Shown piece after piece: positions 9,293-18,948 of a stretch of DNA of 64,000 nucleotides. The notes under the pieces were generated by a model. The model was given only the letters and a program-made list of their open reading frames with translations, was not told the origin of the DNA and did not search any database. The position numbers were made by a program, and so were the translations under genes. Every line of letters starts with the position of its first letter. Within the stretch, counting starts at the first letter, position 1. This DNA comes from an uncultured Acidobacteriota bacterium (GTDB taxonomy: Bacteria > Acidobacteriota > Terriglobia > UBA7540). The stretch is from contig CAWDSK010000009.1 of the NCBI GenBank assembly GCA_963804995.1, positions 288,001 through 352,000 of the forward strand, read 5' to 3'.

Positions 9293-9480
9293 GAAGACTC
9301 CTTAGAAACGAAGAGGATGAATTCTACTCTGGTGCCGCACCCGCCTGCAATGTGTCGGCGCATAGCGCCAAGCCGGCGGTTACGGTCTTCTTACGATGAG
9401 CCAATCATGAAGCTTTGAAAAGCAGCAAGGATGTTGCTTCCGAGTGGAGGGAAGCGTCCCAGGAGGCGCCGTCGAACGCT

Positions 9481-10041
9481 TCAGTCCGCTTTCGTGGCCT
9501 TGAACTTGACTTTGCCTCCCTCTACCGAGACGGAGAACTGGACCTTTTCGCAGCCCAGCGTGTCTTTGATCTGCTTGGTCTTAGTCCGGAGAAATTTCTG
9601 AAAGACGTCAGGATTGAGGCTCTCGGTCGGTTCCCCAACTTGCCGTTTGGCGTCGAGCATGGCGTGCAGGAGTCCCTGCACCTTCTCGCTCTCCGCATCC
9701 GGATCAGACCAGACCACGCGCACCACGCCGTCGGCGGCGGGTATTTTTTTATGCCGCCGCGGCACAATGCCGGTAAGGCTTCTGCCTTCTTCCTTTTCCT
9801 GGAGTTTGCGCCGCCAAAGGTTGGCATTAACCGCATATTTCTGCACGATAGCAGTGAACCGGAAGCGCTGGCTGAAATTGAGTTTGGATTGGTCGCTGGA
9901 ATAACGCTTGATTGTAGACTCAACCCGGTAGAGGGTATCGTGAGGAGGCCGCGGCACACTGCCGTTGAAATACACTTCGTACTCAATCTTGAGGCGGCGG
10001 AGGTCGTCATCCAACTTGTTCAATTCCTCGTCAATTGTCAT
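9481..10041 (-). CDS. MXAN_5187 C-terminal-like domain protein
   Basis: LKIEYEVYF.G..PRPP N-terminus and V.FSVSVEGGKVKFKA C-terminus. Confidence 0.7.
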   Translation of the reverse strand: MTIDEELNKLDDDLRRLKIEYEVYFNGSVPRPPHDTLYRVESTIKRYSSDQSKLNFSQRFRFTAIVQKYAVNANLWRRKLQEKEEGRSLTGIVPRRHKKIPAADGVVRVVWSDPDAESEKVQGLLHAMLDAKRQVGEPTESLNPDVFQKFLRTKTKQIKDTLGCEKVQFSVSVEGGKVKFKATKAD

Positions 10042-10206
10042 GGAAGCGCCTCAAGCCTCGGCCGGAAGTGAAAATTATACTCCCTAGTAAACGAGGCGCG
10101 TCAATCGGAAAGTTGACGGCCATTGCCGACTATGTTGAAATGTCGCCGGCAGCCCAGGGGCGGGTTCTTCGCCTGTTACCTCAGGGGTTCTCAGCCGGAG
10201 CGGGTA

Positions 10207-11619
10207 TGAACTCCCCAAAACATGATTCCGGATCGGAGGCTGGCAGCGTGCTCCGCCAGATCCCGGCGGTGGATGAGCTGCTGAATCGCCAAAGCCTGCG
10301 TGAACTCGAAGCCCGAGTCGGACACCGCTTGGTGGTCGAGGCCACGCGTAAAGTTCTCCAGGGCTTGCGACAAAGGATTGCCGACGGCAACTTGGCCAGT
10401 GTTCCCCTCGAATGGTTAGAGAAGGAAATCGTGGCGGAAGCGGAAGGTGGGGCGGGGTTCTCCCTCCAGCCGGTGATCAACGCCACGGGCGTGATTCTCC
10501 ACACCAACCTGGGACGCGCCCCGCTGGCGAGGGAAGCTCTCGAGCACTTGGTCGAGACTGCCGGGCGTTATTCCAATCTGGAGTACGACCTTGAGCGCGG
10601 TGAACGGGGCAAGCGTGACACGCACACTGACCGCCTCTTCGGCGAGTTGCTGGGTGCGGAGCGGGCGCTGGTGGTCAACAACAATGCCGCCGCTGTTTTC
10701 CTGGCTCTGAACACGCTGGCTGAGGGTTCAGAGGTCATTGTCTCGCGCGGAGAGCTGATTGAAATCGGAGGATCGTTCCGCATTCCGGAGGTTTGCGCGA
10801 AGAGCGGCGCCGTGCTGCGCGAGGTAGGCACGACCAACCGTACACGTGCCAGCGATTACACCGCAGCCATCAACGAGCGCACGCGCGTACTTTTGCGCGT
10901 GCACCCCAGCAACTTTCGCATCGTGGGCTTCACGGAGCGGCCGGGTCTGAATGAACTGGTGGAGCTGGCCCGGAAGCACAACTTGCTGGTCATGGAGGAT
11001 CTGGGTAGCGGATGTTTGGTGGACCTCGCTGCTTGGGGAATGCGGGATGAACCACCAGCCAGCCTCAGCCTGAAAGCGGGAGTGGAGGTCGTAACTTTCA
11101 GTGGAGACAAATTGTTGGGAGGCCCGCAGGCGGGAATTCTGGTGGGTAAACGCGCGCCCCTCGAAGCGCATTCGCAAGAATCCTCTCTTCCGCGCCCTGC
11201 GCGTGGATAAATTGACGGTTGCGGCGTTGGAAGCAACTGTCTCACTGTATTTGCGCGGCCAGCTTGATGCCATTCCCGCCCTGCGGATGATGCGGCTTTC
11301 CCGGCAGGAAATCACTCCACGGGCTGAGCGGTTGGCGGAAAGGATCTCGGAGCGGCTTGGCTTCTTCGCCACCGTCCGGGAGGGGGAATCCCTGATGGGT
11401 GGTGGCTCAACTCCCGGGCAGGGGCTTCCCACTTCCCTCGTGGCCGTCACGCATGCCCGGCACAGTGCTCAGGAGTTGGAGGAAGTTCTGCGCCGCCATA
11501 AGCCCGCCGTGGTGGCGCGCCTGGATCAGAACGAATTGATTCTCGACCTCCGAACTGTTTTCGAAGGTCAGGAGGATGAAATCGTCCGGGCATTTGAACC
11601 ATTGACGATTGATGATTGA
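10207..11619 (+). CDS. selA: L-seryl-tRNA(Sec) selenium transferase, split by a one-base insertion at ~11164
   Basis: VINATGVILHTNLGRAPL, SRGELIEIGGSFR, FSGDKLLGGPQAG in one frame; RIRKNPLFRALRVDK...LDLRTV continues in the next frame; removing one A from ctcgaagcgc restores a single ORF. Confidence 0.93.
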
Positions 11620-11745
11620 AAAGGGATGATCGACGATGGCTCATCAATTGTTGGTGGACCATCGACATTCGAAAACTCATTCACTCGGCCATCGGGTAGC
11701 AATAATGCTCTCAATCGTCAATCGACAATCTTGAATCGAAAATCC

Positions 11746-12699
11746 ATGAAAGCTCTCTACTTCGATAGAAAGCTCCAATTGCGGGAAGTCGAAAAGCCCC
11801 AGAGAGCGCCGGGCGAAGCACTGATCCAGGTTCTATTGGCCGGCATCTGCGGCACAGATAGAGAAATCTTGAAAGGTTACTCGGGGTTTCAGGGAATCCC
11901 CGGCCACGAGTTTGTAGGCCGGGTGGTGGAATCTGACGACCCCAAGTGGATTGGCCAGCGCGTGGTGGGAGAGATCAACCTTGCCTGCGGCCGGTGCGAG
12001 TGGTGTGCGAAACGCTTGGGCCGGCATTGCCCGCACCGAACTGTGCTGGGGATTGTGAACCACGACGGCGCGTTTGCCGAATTCCTGACCCTGCCGGTCG
12101 AGAATCTTCACCGGGTCCCCGAGGAGATTTCGGACCAGGCGGCGACCTTCGTGGAACCCGTGGCCGCGGCCGCGGAAATCCTGGAACAGATCCCCCTCGC
12201 CCCGGCGACCCGCGTGGCGATTGTCGGCGACGGAAGGCTGGGCCTCCTGACCGCCCAAGTGCTGAAACACGCGGGGGCCGAGGTGACCATGGTGGGACGC
12301 CATCCCTGGAAGCTGGATTTGGCGCGGGGCTGGGGCGTCCGGGTTTTGAGCGAAGGCACAGAGGAGCTCGCCTCCCGCAGCTTTCCCGTGACCGTGGAGG
12401 CAACGGGCTCGCCGCGCGGCCTCAGCGAAGCGCTGCGGCTGGTCGAGCCGCGCGGGACGGTGGTGATGAAGTCCACCTTTCATGGTGCGGCGCACTTCGA
12501 TGCGACGAAACTTGTGGTCGACGAGGTTACGCTGCTGGGCTCCCGGTGCGGACTCTTTGCGCCGGCTCTGGATTTACTCCGCCAGGGGCAGGTGACGGTT
12601 CATCATCTGATCAGCAAAGTATTTCCGCTGGAGCGGGGCCGTGAGGCCTTCGAGTATTTGGATCAAACTTCGGCGTTGAAGGTCCTGCTCGTACCCTGA
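11746..12699 (+). CDS. Zinc-dependent medium-chain alcohol dehydrogenase family protein
   Basis: GICGTD, GHEFVG, CGRCEWC...HC structural Zn site, GDGRLG Rossmann motif. Confidence 0.93.
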   Translation: MKALYFDRKLQLREVEKPQRAPGEALIQVLLAGICGTDREILKGYSGFQGIPGHEFVGRVVESDDPKWIGQRVVGEINLACGRCEWCAKRLGRHCPHRTVLGIVNHDGAFAEFLTLPVENLHRVPEEISDQAATFVEPVAAAAEILEQIPLAPATRVAIVGDGRLGLLTAQVLKHAGAEVTMVGRHPWKLDLARGWGVRVLSEGTEELASRSFPVTVEATGSPRGLSEALRLVEPRGTVVMKSTFHGAAHFDATKLVVDEVTLLGSRCGLFAPALDLLRQGQVTVHHLISKVFPLERGREAFEYLDQTSALKVLLVP

Positions 12700-12823
12700 A
12701 CCCGCTGGTTGAACTCGGCGGCGGATGGTAGACTTTTCAGGTTGTGGAACACAAAGAGGCGTAGGCCCCTCGAAGGTCTTGCGCAACGGCTTCATAAAGT
12801 AGTTTCAAGCGAGGGAAGGTGGC

Positions 12824-13639
12824 ATGGGCGGCCCATCGGCTCCAAAGTCCCGATTCTTTCATTTCCTAGTACTGTTGTTCGCGGTTGGCGTGTTCGGTGC
12901 GGGTAATTTGCAGGCGAAGAAGACACTGCCGCCGCAGCCGCCGCCCCCCGCCCTGGCCGTGCATATCAACGATCTAGCCAAGCAACTTCCGGGCATGTTA
13001 CTTGAAGATGCAGCGCCCATCACGGACGAGATCCAAAAGCTGGTGGTGGATCACCTGACGGAATGGATGGCGAATCGTACGCCCTCAGACGTGGAAGTGC
13101 GCCGCGAACTGGAAAGTGCCTTCTCGTTACTGCACTACCCGGTCACGGGTGACGCGGCGGCCTTTGCTTACCCTTGGAAGGGGAACATCGTCATCGGCGC
13201 GGGGTACACTCTGGGCTGGACCGGCTTCAACAAGCAAAATGTCGTTGCCATCTTTGCGAGTCGCGAGGGCAAGAGCCGGTTTGCGGCATTGACCAACTTT
13301 GCCCCCTATGCTGACCTGCACTATGAATTCCTGCCCGCCCGCGGCTGGGATGACTTGCGCTTCTTTATTTATGGATTCCGGCCGGGCAAGAGCCAACTGC
13401 GGCTCACGGCCATCCTTTATTCATTCGATGGGGAGAACTTGAAGTCGCTGTGGGAAACGCACAACGTTTATGACGGGAAGATGGACGTACAAGAAACCAA
13501 GGTTGTGATCCGCTATCTCCGCGAAGATGAGTACATTCGAGAAGTCAACGCCAAGCGCCGTCCTCCCCGCCACGAGGCCGTCTATCTCATTACCCCTAGT
13601 GGTCTACAACTCCAGGACGACCACGAGATTCCCTTCTAG
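12824..13639 (+). CDS. Hypothetical secreted protein
   Basis: 271-aa ORF with signal-like N-terminus and Pro linker. Confidence 0.7.
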   Translation: MGGPSAPKSRFFHFLVLLFAVGVFGAGNLQAKKTLPPQPPPPALAVHINDLAKQLPGMLLEDAAPITDEIQKLVVDHLTEWMANRTPSDVEVRRELESAFSLLHYPVTGDAAAFAYPWKGNIVIGAGYTLGWTGFNKQNVVAIFASREGKSRFAALTNFAPYADLHYEFLPARGWDDLRFFIYGFRPGKSQLRLTAILYSFDGENLKSLWETHNVYDGKMDVQETKVVIRYLREDEYIREVNAKRRPPRHEAVYLITPSGLQLQDDHEIPF

Positions 13640-13792
13640 AATCGGGTGATCGGTTGATCCGAAGATCGGTGGAACAACGAAAGCACGCGGATCGAAAGAC
13701 TAAACTCGCGCCTCATACTCCAGCAATTATCGAATTTCGACTTTGGCCTCGGTTATTTGCTCACCCGATTACCGGATCGTCCGATCATCGGA

Positions 13793-14350
13793 TTAATTGG
13801 CGCGCTCCACGTATTTGCCTTCCCAGGTATCGACGCGAATCTTCTCCCCCTCGCCGATAAAAGGTGGCACCTGAACTATCAATCCGGTCTCGAGCTTGGC
13901 CGGCTTGGTAACATTGGTCGCTGAGCCGCCTTTGATGCCTGGTTCAGTTTCCACCACTTTCAGATCCACAGTGGCGGGCAACTCGATGTCCACGGGACGC
14001 CCCTCGAAGAATTCCACTTTGAGCATAACTTCAGGAACCAGGTAAGCAGCGCGGTCACCCACCGTCTCCTTGTGGAGGGAAATCTGTTCGTAGTTCGCCG
14101 TGTTCATAAAACAATATGAATCACCGTCGGCATAGAGGTACTGCATCTCAACTTCGTCAATTTGGGCGCGCTCAACCGTGTCTTCCGAGCGGAAGCGGTG
14201 GTCACTGAGCGAGCCAGTACGCAGGTTGCGCATGCGGGCCTGAACAAAAGCGCGCAGGTTGCCGGGCGTGCGGTGCTCCGCCTTGTGGATGGAAAAGAGC
14301 TCATTGTTGTGCCTGATGATCATTCCAGGCCGGAGATCATTCGCGTTCAT
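13793..14350 (-). CDS. efp: Elongation factor P
   Basis: ANDLRPGM, TPGNLRAFVQ, MQYLY, KPAKLETG..VQVPPFI..GE.IRVDT..GKYVERA; GAAGGA RBS before ATG 14350. Confidence 0.97.
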   Translation of the reverse strand: MNANDLRPGMIIRHNNELFSIHKAEHRTPGNLRAFVQARMRNLRTGSLSDHRFRSEDTVERAQIDEVEMQYLYADGDSYCFMNTANYEQISLHKETVGDRAAYLVPEVMLKVEFFEGRPVDIELPATVDLKVVETEPGIKGGSATNVTKPAKLETGLIVQVPPFIGEGEKIRVDTWEGKYVERAN

Positions 14351-14435
14351 AAGTGTTCCTTCAGTTAGATGGAGGTGGGGCTTAACACAGGATGGAGAAC
14401 CAGGGAGTCCTTTCCCGCAAGAGCCCGAATAAGAA

Positions 14436-14464
14436 ATTCTACCGACTTCCCGCGGTTCCGTCAA
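14436..14464 (-). promoter_or_regulatory. Sigma70-type promoter of efp
   Basis: TTGACG-17 bp-TAGAAT on the minus strand. Confidence 0.65.
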
Positions 14465-14915
14465 CGTTGGGACTGCCCTCGGGCGATCCCCACCCTGAGT
14501 TCTGGGCCCCCGAGAAACAGCCAACAGCAGGCCATCGGGCGGAGCTCACCCGGCCGCGACAAGCAGCTAGTGTGGTGCGACACAGGCAATGGTACCTGTA
14601 ACGCCGGCCTTTAAGGCGGCACATCCCGGGCTCAAACCCGGCGCTGCAACCCCCAACCTGGAGTATCGGTCGGAGGCATTCATTCGAACCGCGGCGACAA
14701 ATGGGTCAGTTTGGTCTTTTTGTGGAGCCGTCTACCTGCCCCGGTGTTTTTCATTGGAAAGACCACTGGCTTTTGATTAATAGGGTTCCGGTGCTAATAG
14801 GAACGACGACACTTGCAAGTGGGAACCCTTATGTTATGATGACCTTCGAAACGTGGCAGGAGTTGCAAGCGAGAACGGTTTCGTGGTGGTGCGGATGGAA
14901 GGGGTTTCTACAGAA

Positions 14916-15266
14916 ATGGCCGTGCGTCGACGAAGCCTACGAATCGTCATGAGAGTGCCGCTCTACGTCAGCCCCGCGGGCGCCCCCCCCACGGCAGAGT
15001 GGGAGCCTGTTGAGACCCTGGTGATCAGCCTGCACGGAGGGCTGATCCGCACCCACCAACGGTTTTCTGTGGGCACAACGCTGGATATCCGTATGCGCAA
15101 CGCGCAGCGATCAACCCGGGGCCGAGTCGTATGGACTGCTTCGGGGGCGGAAGAAGTTGCAGTTGAAGTGGGCTTTGAGATTCTGGAACCGCCGGGGTTT
15201 TGGGAAATCAACTTCCCTCCTGACCGATGGTCAGAGACCGTCCGATCTTCTTCCCGCCCATGCTAA
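14916..15266 (+). CDS. PilZ-like domain protein
   Basis: RRRSLR (RxxxR), ISLHGG, GRVVW, GFE pattern; start uncertain. Confidence 0.7.
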   Translation: MAVRRRSLRIVMRVPLYVSPAGAPPTAEWEPVETLVISLHGGLIRTHQRFSVGTTLDIRMRNAQRSTRGRVVWTASGAEEVAVEVGFEILEPPGFWEINFPPDRWSETVRSSSRPC

Positions 15267-15745
15267 GAAAGGCCCCGGACATGCCTTTGCCAAAAGATGG
15301 CCCGCTGTTGGTGCGTGAGTTCATGGCGACTGAACTCACGACTCTGCAGGAAGACGAGGCTCTGCTCGACGCGACGCTGATCTTCTCCCGCTCCACCATT
15401 CGCCACATCCCCATTCTGCGCGGCAAGCAACTGGTAGGAATCGTCACCGAACGAGACTTGAAGCATTACACCCCATCAATCCTCTCGGGAATTCCCGTCG
15501 CGGAATACAACCGGCTGATGGCAACCACCCCCCTCTCCAAGATCATGACGCGCGATCTGCTCACGATCCGCCCGAACGCATTCATTTATGAGGCCCTGCA
15601 AATCCTCTTGGACCACCGCATCGGTTGCTTGCCGGTGGTCGAGCAGAGTGAGTTGAAGGGGATCATTACCGCTACCGACATGATGCGGCTGCTCGCCGAA
15701 TTGCTGATAGAACGGGGGGACGTGCCCCCCGGGGGTCCTAGCTGA
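15260..15745 (+). CDS. CBS domain pair protein
   Basis: VREFM, IRHIPIL..LVGIVTERD, IGCLPVV..LKGIITATD. Confidence 0.9.
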   Translation: MLRKAPDMPLPKDGPLLVREFMATELTTLQEDEALLDATLIFSRSTIRHIPILRGKQLVGIVTERDLKHYTPSILSGIPVAEYNRLMATTPLSKIMTRDLLTIRPNAFIYEALQILLDHRIGCLPVVEQSELKGIITATDMMRLLAELLIERGDVPPGGPS

Positions 15746-15819
15746 CCACACACCGGCTTCCGGTTCTCTTGCGTTCTGTTGCCCCTCCGCGGTAAATTGC
15801 TTCCGGTTTAATCCTTGTC

Positions 15820-16509
15820 ATGAACTGGCTCAACCTTCCGCGTCAACCTGAACCCGAAGTGATGAACGATCAGGCAGAAGTGGAAGTGTATGCGTCCACG
15901 GCCGCGCAGTCCTTCCTCGACGCCATCGACAACACTCTGGTGGACCAGGTTCTATCCTTTGCCCCCACGGGACTTTTGCTGGACATCGGAACCGGGCCGG
16001 GCGGAATTCCTCTGAAGATCGCGCGCCGTTGCCCGGAGATCCGGGTGGTGGGCGTGGACCGCTCCGCGAACATGATCGCCGCAGCGCGCCGCGCCGCGTC
16101 CGAACAGGGCTTGAGTGAGCGCGCCTCCTTCCTACTCACTGATGCCTGCCAGCTTGCTTTCCCCACGGGCCACTTCGACGTGGTGCTTTCTAACTCCGTG
16201 CTGCATCACATGGACCAGCCCGTCGCACTCATCCAGGAAATGGCGCGGGTGGCAAAGCCCGCTGGGCTGATCCTGCTCCGTGACCTTCGCCGCCCTTCGC
16301 GCCTGGCTCTTCCCTTTCACGTGCGATGGCACGGGCGGTATTATTCCGGACTCATGTACCGGCTCTTCGTGAACTCCGTGCGGGCAGCTTACACGCCTGA
16401 AGAACTTGCGGCCTTCCTGCGCGCATCATCTTTGCCACAGGCGAAGGTCTTTGTTCACAAGCGCACGCACTTGGGTTTCGTTCGCGACGGGCGAAGGAGC
16501 GGAAACTGA
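15820..16509 (+). CDS. Class I SAM-dependent methyltransferase
   Basis: LDIGTGPG, GVDRS, FDVVLSNSVLHH. Confidence 0.92.
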   Translation: MNWLNLPRQPEPEVMNDQAEVEVYASTAAQSFLDAIDNTLVDQVLSFAPTGLLLDIGTGPGGIPLKIARRCPEIRVVGVDRSANMIAAARRAASEQGLSERASFLLTDACQLAFPTGHFDVVLSNSVLHHMDQPVALIQEMARVAKPAGLILLRDLRRPSRLALPFHVRWHGRYYSGLMYRLFVNSVRAAYTPEELAAFLRASSLPQAKVFVHKRTHLGFVRDGRRSGN

Positions 16510-16592
16510 TGCGCGGCCCAGACCGGACGGCACAGGCGATAAAGCCTGAAAGGGTTTTCGACAGGAACGTCCAAGTGCTCTGGGGCGTGAGG

Positions 16593-17188
16593 ATGCAACA
16601 GAGCATCCCGGCGCGCGCCCTGCTCCTGGCACTGGCCTGCGCCCTTACCGGCGTCCTGGGGGCAGCCAAGGATAAGGCGCCAGTTCAATACCAGATCCCC
16701 CTCCCCCCGGCGCCGGATTTCTCAGCGGTAGATTGGCTGGTGGGGGAGTGGTCAGGCAAAACCTTGCCGAACAGCCCCGCCGGGGACGTCCGTCTCACCG
16801 TCAACCTGGACCTCGAAAAGCACTACCTTACCTTTCGAGGCCAAGTCTCGCTGGCGGCGACTCAAACCGTGGCGGCCACCAAAGAGTCCTGGATGGGAAT
16901 CCTCAGCGCAGAATCGCAGGGAGCAGGATTCACTCTGAGCGTGTTCTCGAGTACCGGTTTCATCAGTCGCTATCGCGTCACGGTGGAAGGGCCGTTGGTG
17001 CGGCTGAACCCCGAGGGGGGGATCAGCCTCCGCCCGGGTGGCTGTTCCGAAGAGTCCTGGAACGTACGGGGCCGGCGGAATTCAGGGAAACCGTGCAGGC
17101 CGCGCCGCCGGGCAAACCCTTCTTTGATTATTACGCGGCTAAACTCACCCGCGTGCCTCCGCTCGAAAAACCAAATCCTGCACCATGA
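16593..17188 (+). CDS. Hypothetical secreted beta-barrel-like protein, frameshift in a G7 run at 17015-17021
   Basis: Signal peptide, WLVGEWSG; adding one G joins it to GGDQPPPGWLFRRV...YYAAKLTR. Confidence 0.65.
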
Positions 17189-17310
17189 CTACTCACAGAA
17201 CGGTTAGGAGGTGTAGAATTCTTCTTGCATGTTCGGGGGTAGGCTTCGTGGGAATCGCCGTGTGAACGCCAACGCAAGTCTGCCCGCCAGATTCCCCAGG
17301 AGAAGATTCT

Positions 17311-18843
17311 ATGTCTAAAGGGAAGAAGGTTGCCCTTAGTCTACTGGTTATCCTGCTGGTAGTTGTCGTGGGGCTGGCCATCATCATCCCCCTGCTCGTC
17401 GACGTTGATCGTTACCGGCCGGAAATCGTCGCGCATATCCAGGAGGAGACCGGAAAACCAGCCCAAATCGGGCACCTGGCCCTCACCATCCTTCCTCAGG
17501 TTGCCATCCGCGTGGATGATTTCGCTCTTGGCAACCCTCAAGGGTTCCCGGCCGGGGATTTTGTGAAAGCCAAGGAAATCTACGTGGTCGTTGATACTTC
17601 TGCATTGCTGAACCACAAGGTGGTAATCAACTCCCTGGAGCTGGATAATCCCACCATCCATCTGTTGTCAGACGTCCACGGCAAGTGGAATTTTGAAAAC
17701 CCACCAAGCAAAACGGCCGCTCCAGCCGCTCCGCCCGCCGATCAAAAGGCCGCGTTCACGCTGGGCGTAATCTCCAAAGTAACGATCAAGCATGGAGAGT
17801 TTGCAGCGGCAGACCTGCTTGCCTCTGGTGCTCCGGCGCCGGCATTTATGGAGATTCACGGAGCCGCCATCAACTTGCAGCAGGTGGACTTGAACGCCTT
17901 AACAGCGGCATCGCTCCGGAGGCCCGCGGCACCGCCGGGCGCACTGGCTGCCCTGGCAGGATTGCTTAGCACTGTCGTGTATGCGGCCACTCCGCAGGCG
18001 CCGATGGTCGCTCAGGGGACGCTCCAGGCGGATGCACTGCAATTTGGCGGGCTGGCTGTGACCAAATTGAAGTCGAAGATGCGCCTCTATCCCAAGCAGG
18101 TGTTTTTCGACAATCTCGATTTGAATTGCTATGGCGGAAAAGCTACGGGGAATCTTTCGTTGAACTTCGGAGGCGAAAACCTGAGCTATATTACGGACGC
18201 TCAGATGAAGGGCGTCAACGTCGCCCAGTTTCTGAACGCCTTCCCCCAGGCCCGCGGCATGATGACGGGAACTTTGGAAGGGACAGCCAAGGTGAACGGT
18301 GCGGTCACGCACTCCCCCGATCCCTTGGCGGGCATCCGCGGCACGGGCCAGATGAGCATTCGCGACGGCAAGATGCCCAGCTTGCAGCTCACCAAAAATC
18401 TGCGCACGCTCGCCAAACTGGCAAGCCTCGGCCCCGCCAATGGTGACCCCTCCTCGTTCTCCTCGATCTCCGCAGATTTCAAAATCGCAGAGCAAAGGCT
18501 TTCGAGCAACAAGATCACGGTTGTAGGCAACGGCGTGGATGTGGATGGATCCGGCAGCATGACGATGGCTGGCGAAGGAAGTTTGGATTACCAAGGCGTT
18601 GCCGGTATTGCCGCTAGCGGCAGTAACCCGCTCACGAGTGTCCTGGCCGGTTACTCGGGCGCGACAATGTCGGGGGGCAAGCTGACGTTCCCCTTCACGG
18701 TGGGAGGGACAATCGCCAATCCCAAGTTCTCCCTAAAGGGTGGCGCAGCGACGCCAGGCGGAGCAGCGGCGGCCACGGTGGCGCAACCTGTCAACGCGGT
18801 GCGCGGCATCGCCGGATTGTTTAAGAAGAAACCCCAGCAGTAA
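17311..18843 (+). CDS. AsmA family protein
   Basis: N-terminal anchor followed by DRYRPEI....EETG, GKWNF, C-terminal PFTVGGTIANPKF. Confidence 0.85.
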   Translation: MSKGKKVALSLLVILLVVVVGLAIIIPLLVDVDRYRPEIVAHIQEETGKPAQIGHLALTILPQVAIRVDDFALGNPQGFPAGDFVKAKEIYVVVDTSALLNHKVVINSLELDNPTIHLLSDVHGKWNFENPPSKTAAPAAPPADQKAAFTLGVISKVTIKHGEFAAADLLASGAPAPAFMEIHGAAINLQQVDLNALTAASLRRPAAPPGALAALAGLLSTVVYAATPQAPMVAQGTLQADALQFGGLAVTKLKSKMRLYPKQVFFDNLDLNCYGGKATGNLSLNFGGENLSYITDAQMKGVNVAQFLNAFPQARGMMTGTLEGTAKVNGAVTHSPDPLAGIRGTGQMSIRDGKMPSLQLTKNLRTLAKLASLGPANGDPSSFSSISADFKIAEQRLSSNKITVVGNGVDVDGSGSMTMAGEGSLDYQGVAGIAASGSNPLTSVLAGYSGATMSGGKLTFPFTVGGTIANPKFSLKGGAATPGGAAAATVAQPVNAVRGIAGLFKKKPQQ

Positions 18844-18948
18844 GAAGGTGTCGCGACGGAGACTTTCGACACCTGGGGCATGACCCCGTGCGACCGGCTG
18901 AGCCATCTCAGGCCAGATGCGGCTTGCTATAACCTACGGAAAAAACCC

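Noticed and set aside
11150..11175. Programmed frameshift in selA
   Set aside because: No slippery heptamer or stimulatory structure, and several similar indels in unrelated genes point to sequence error.
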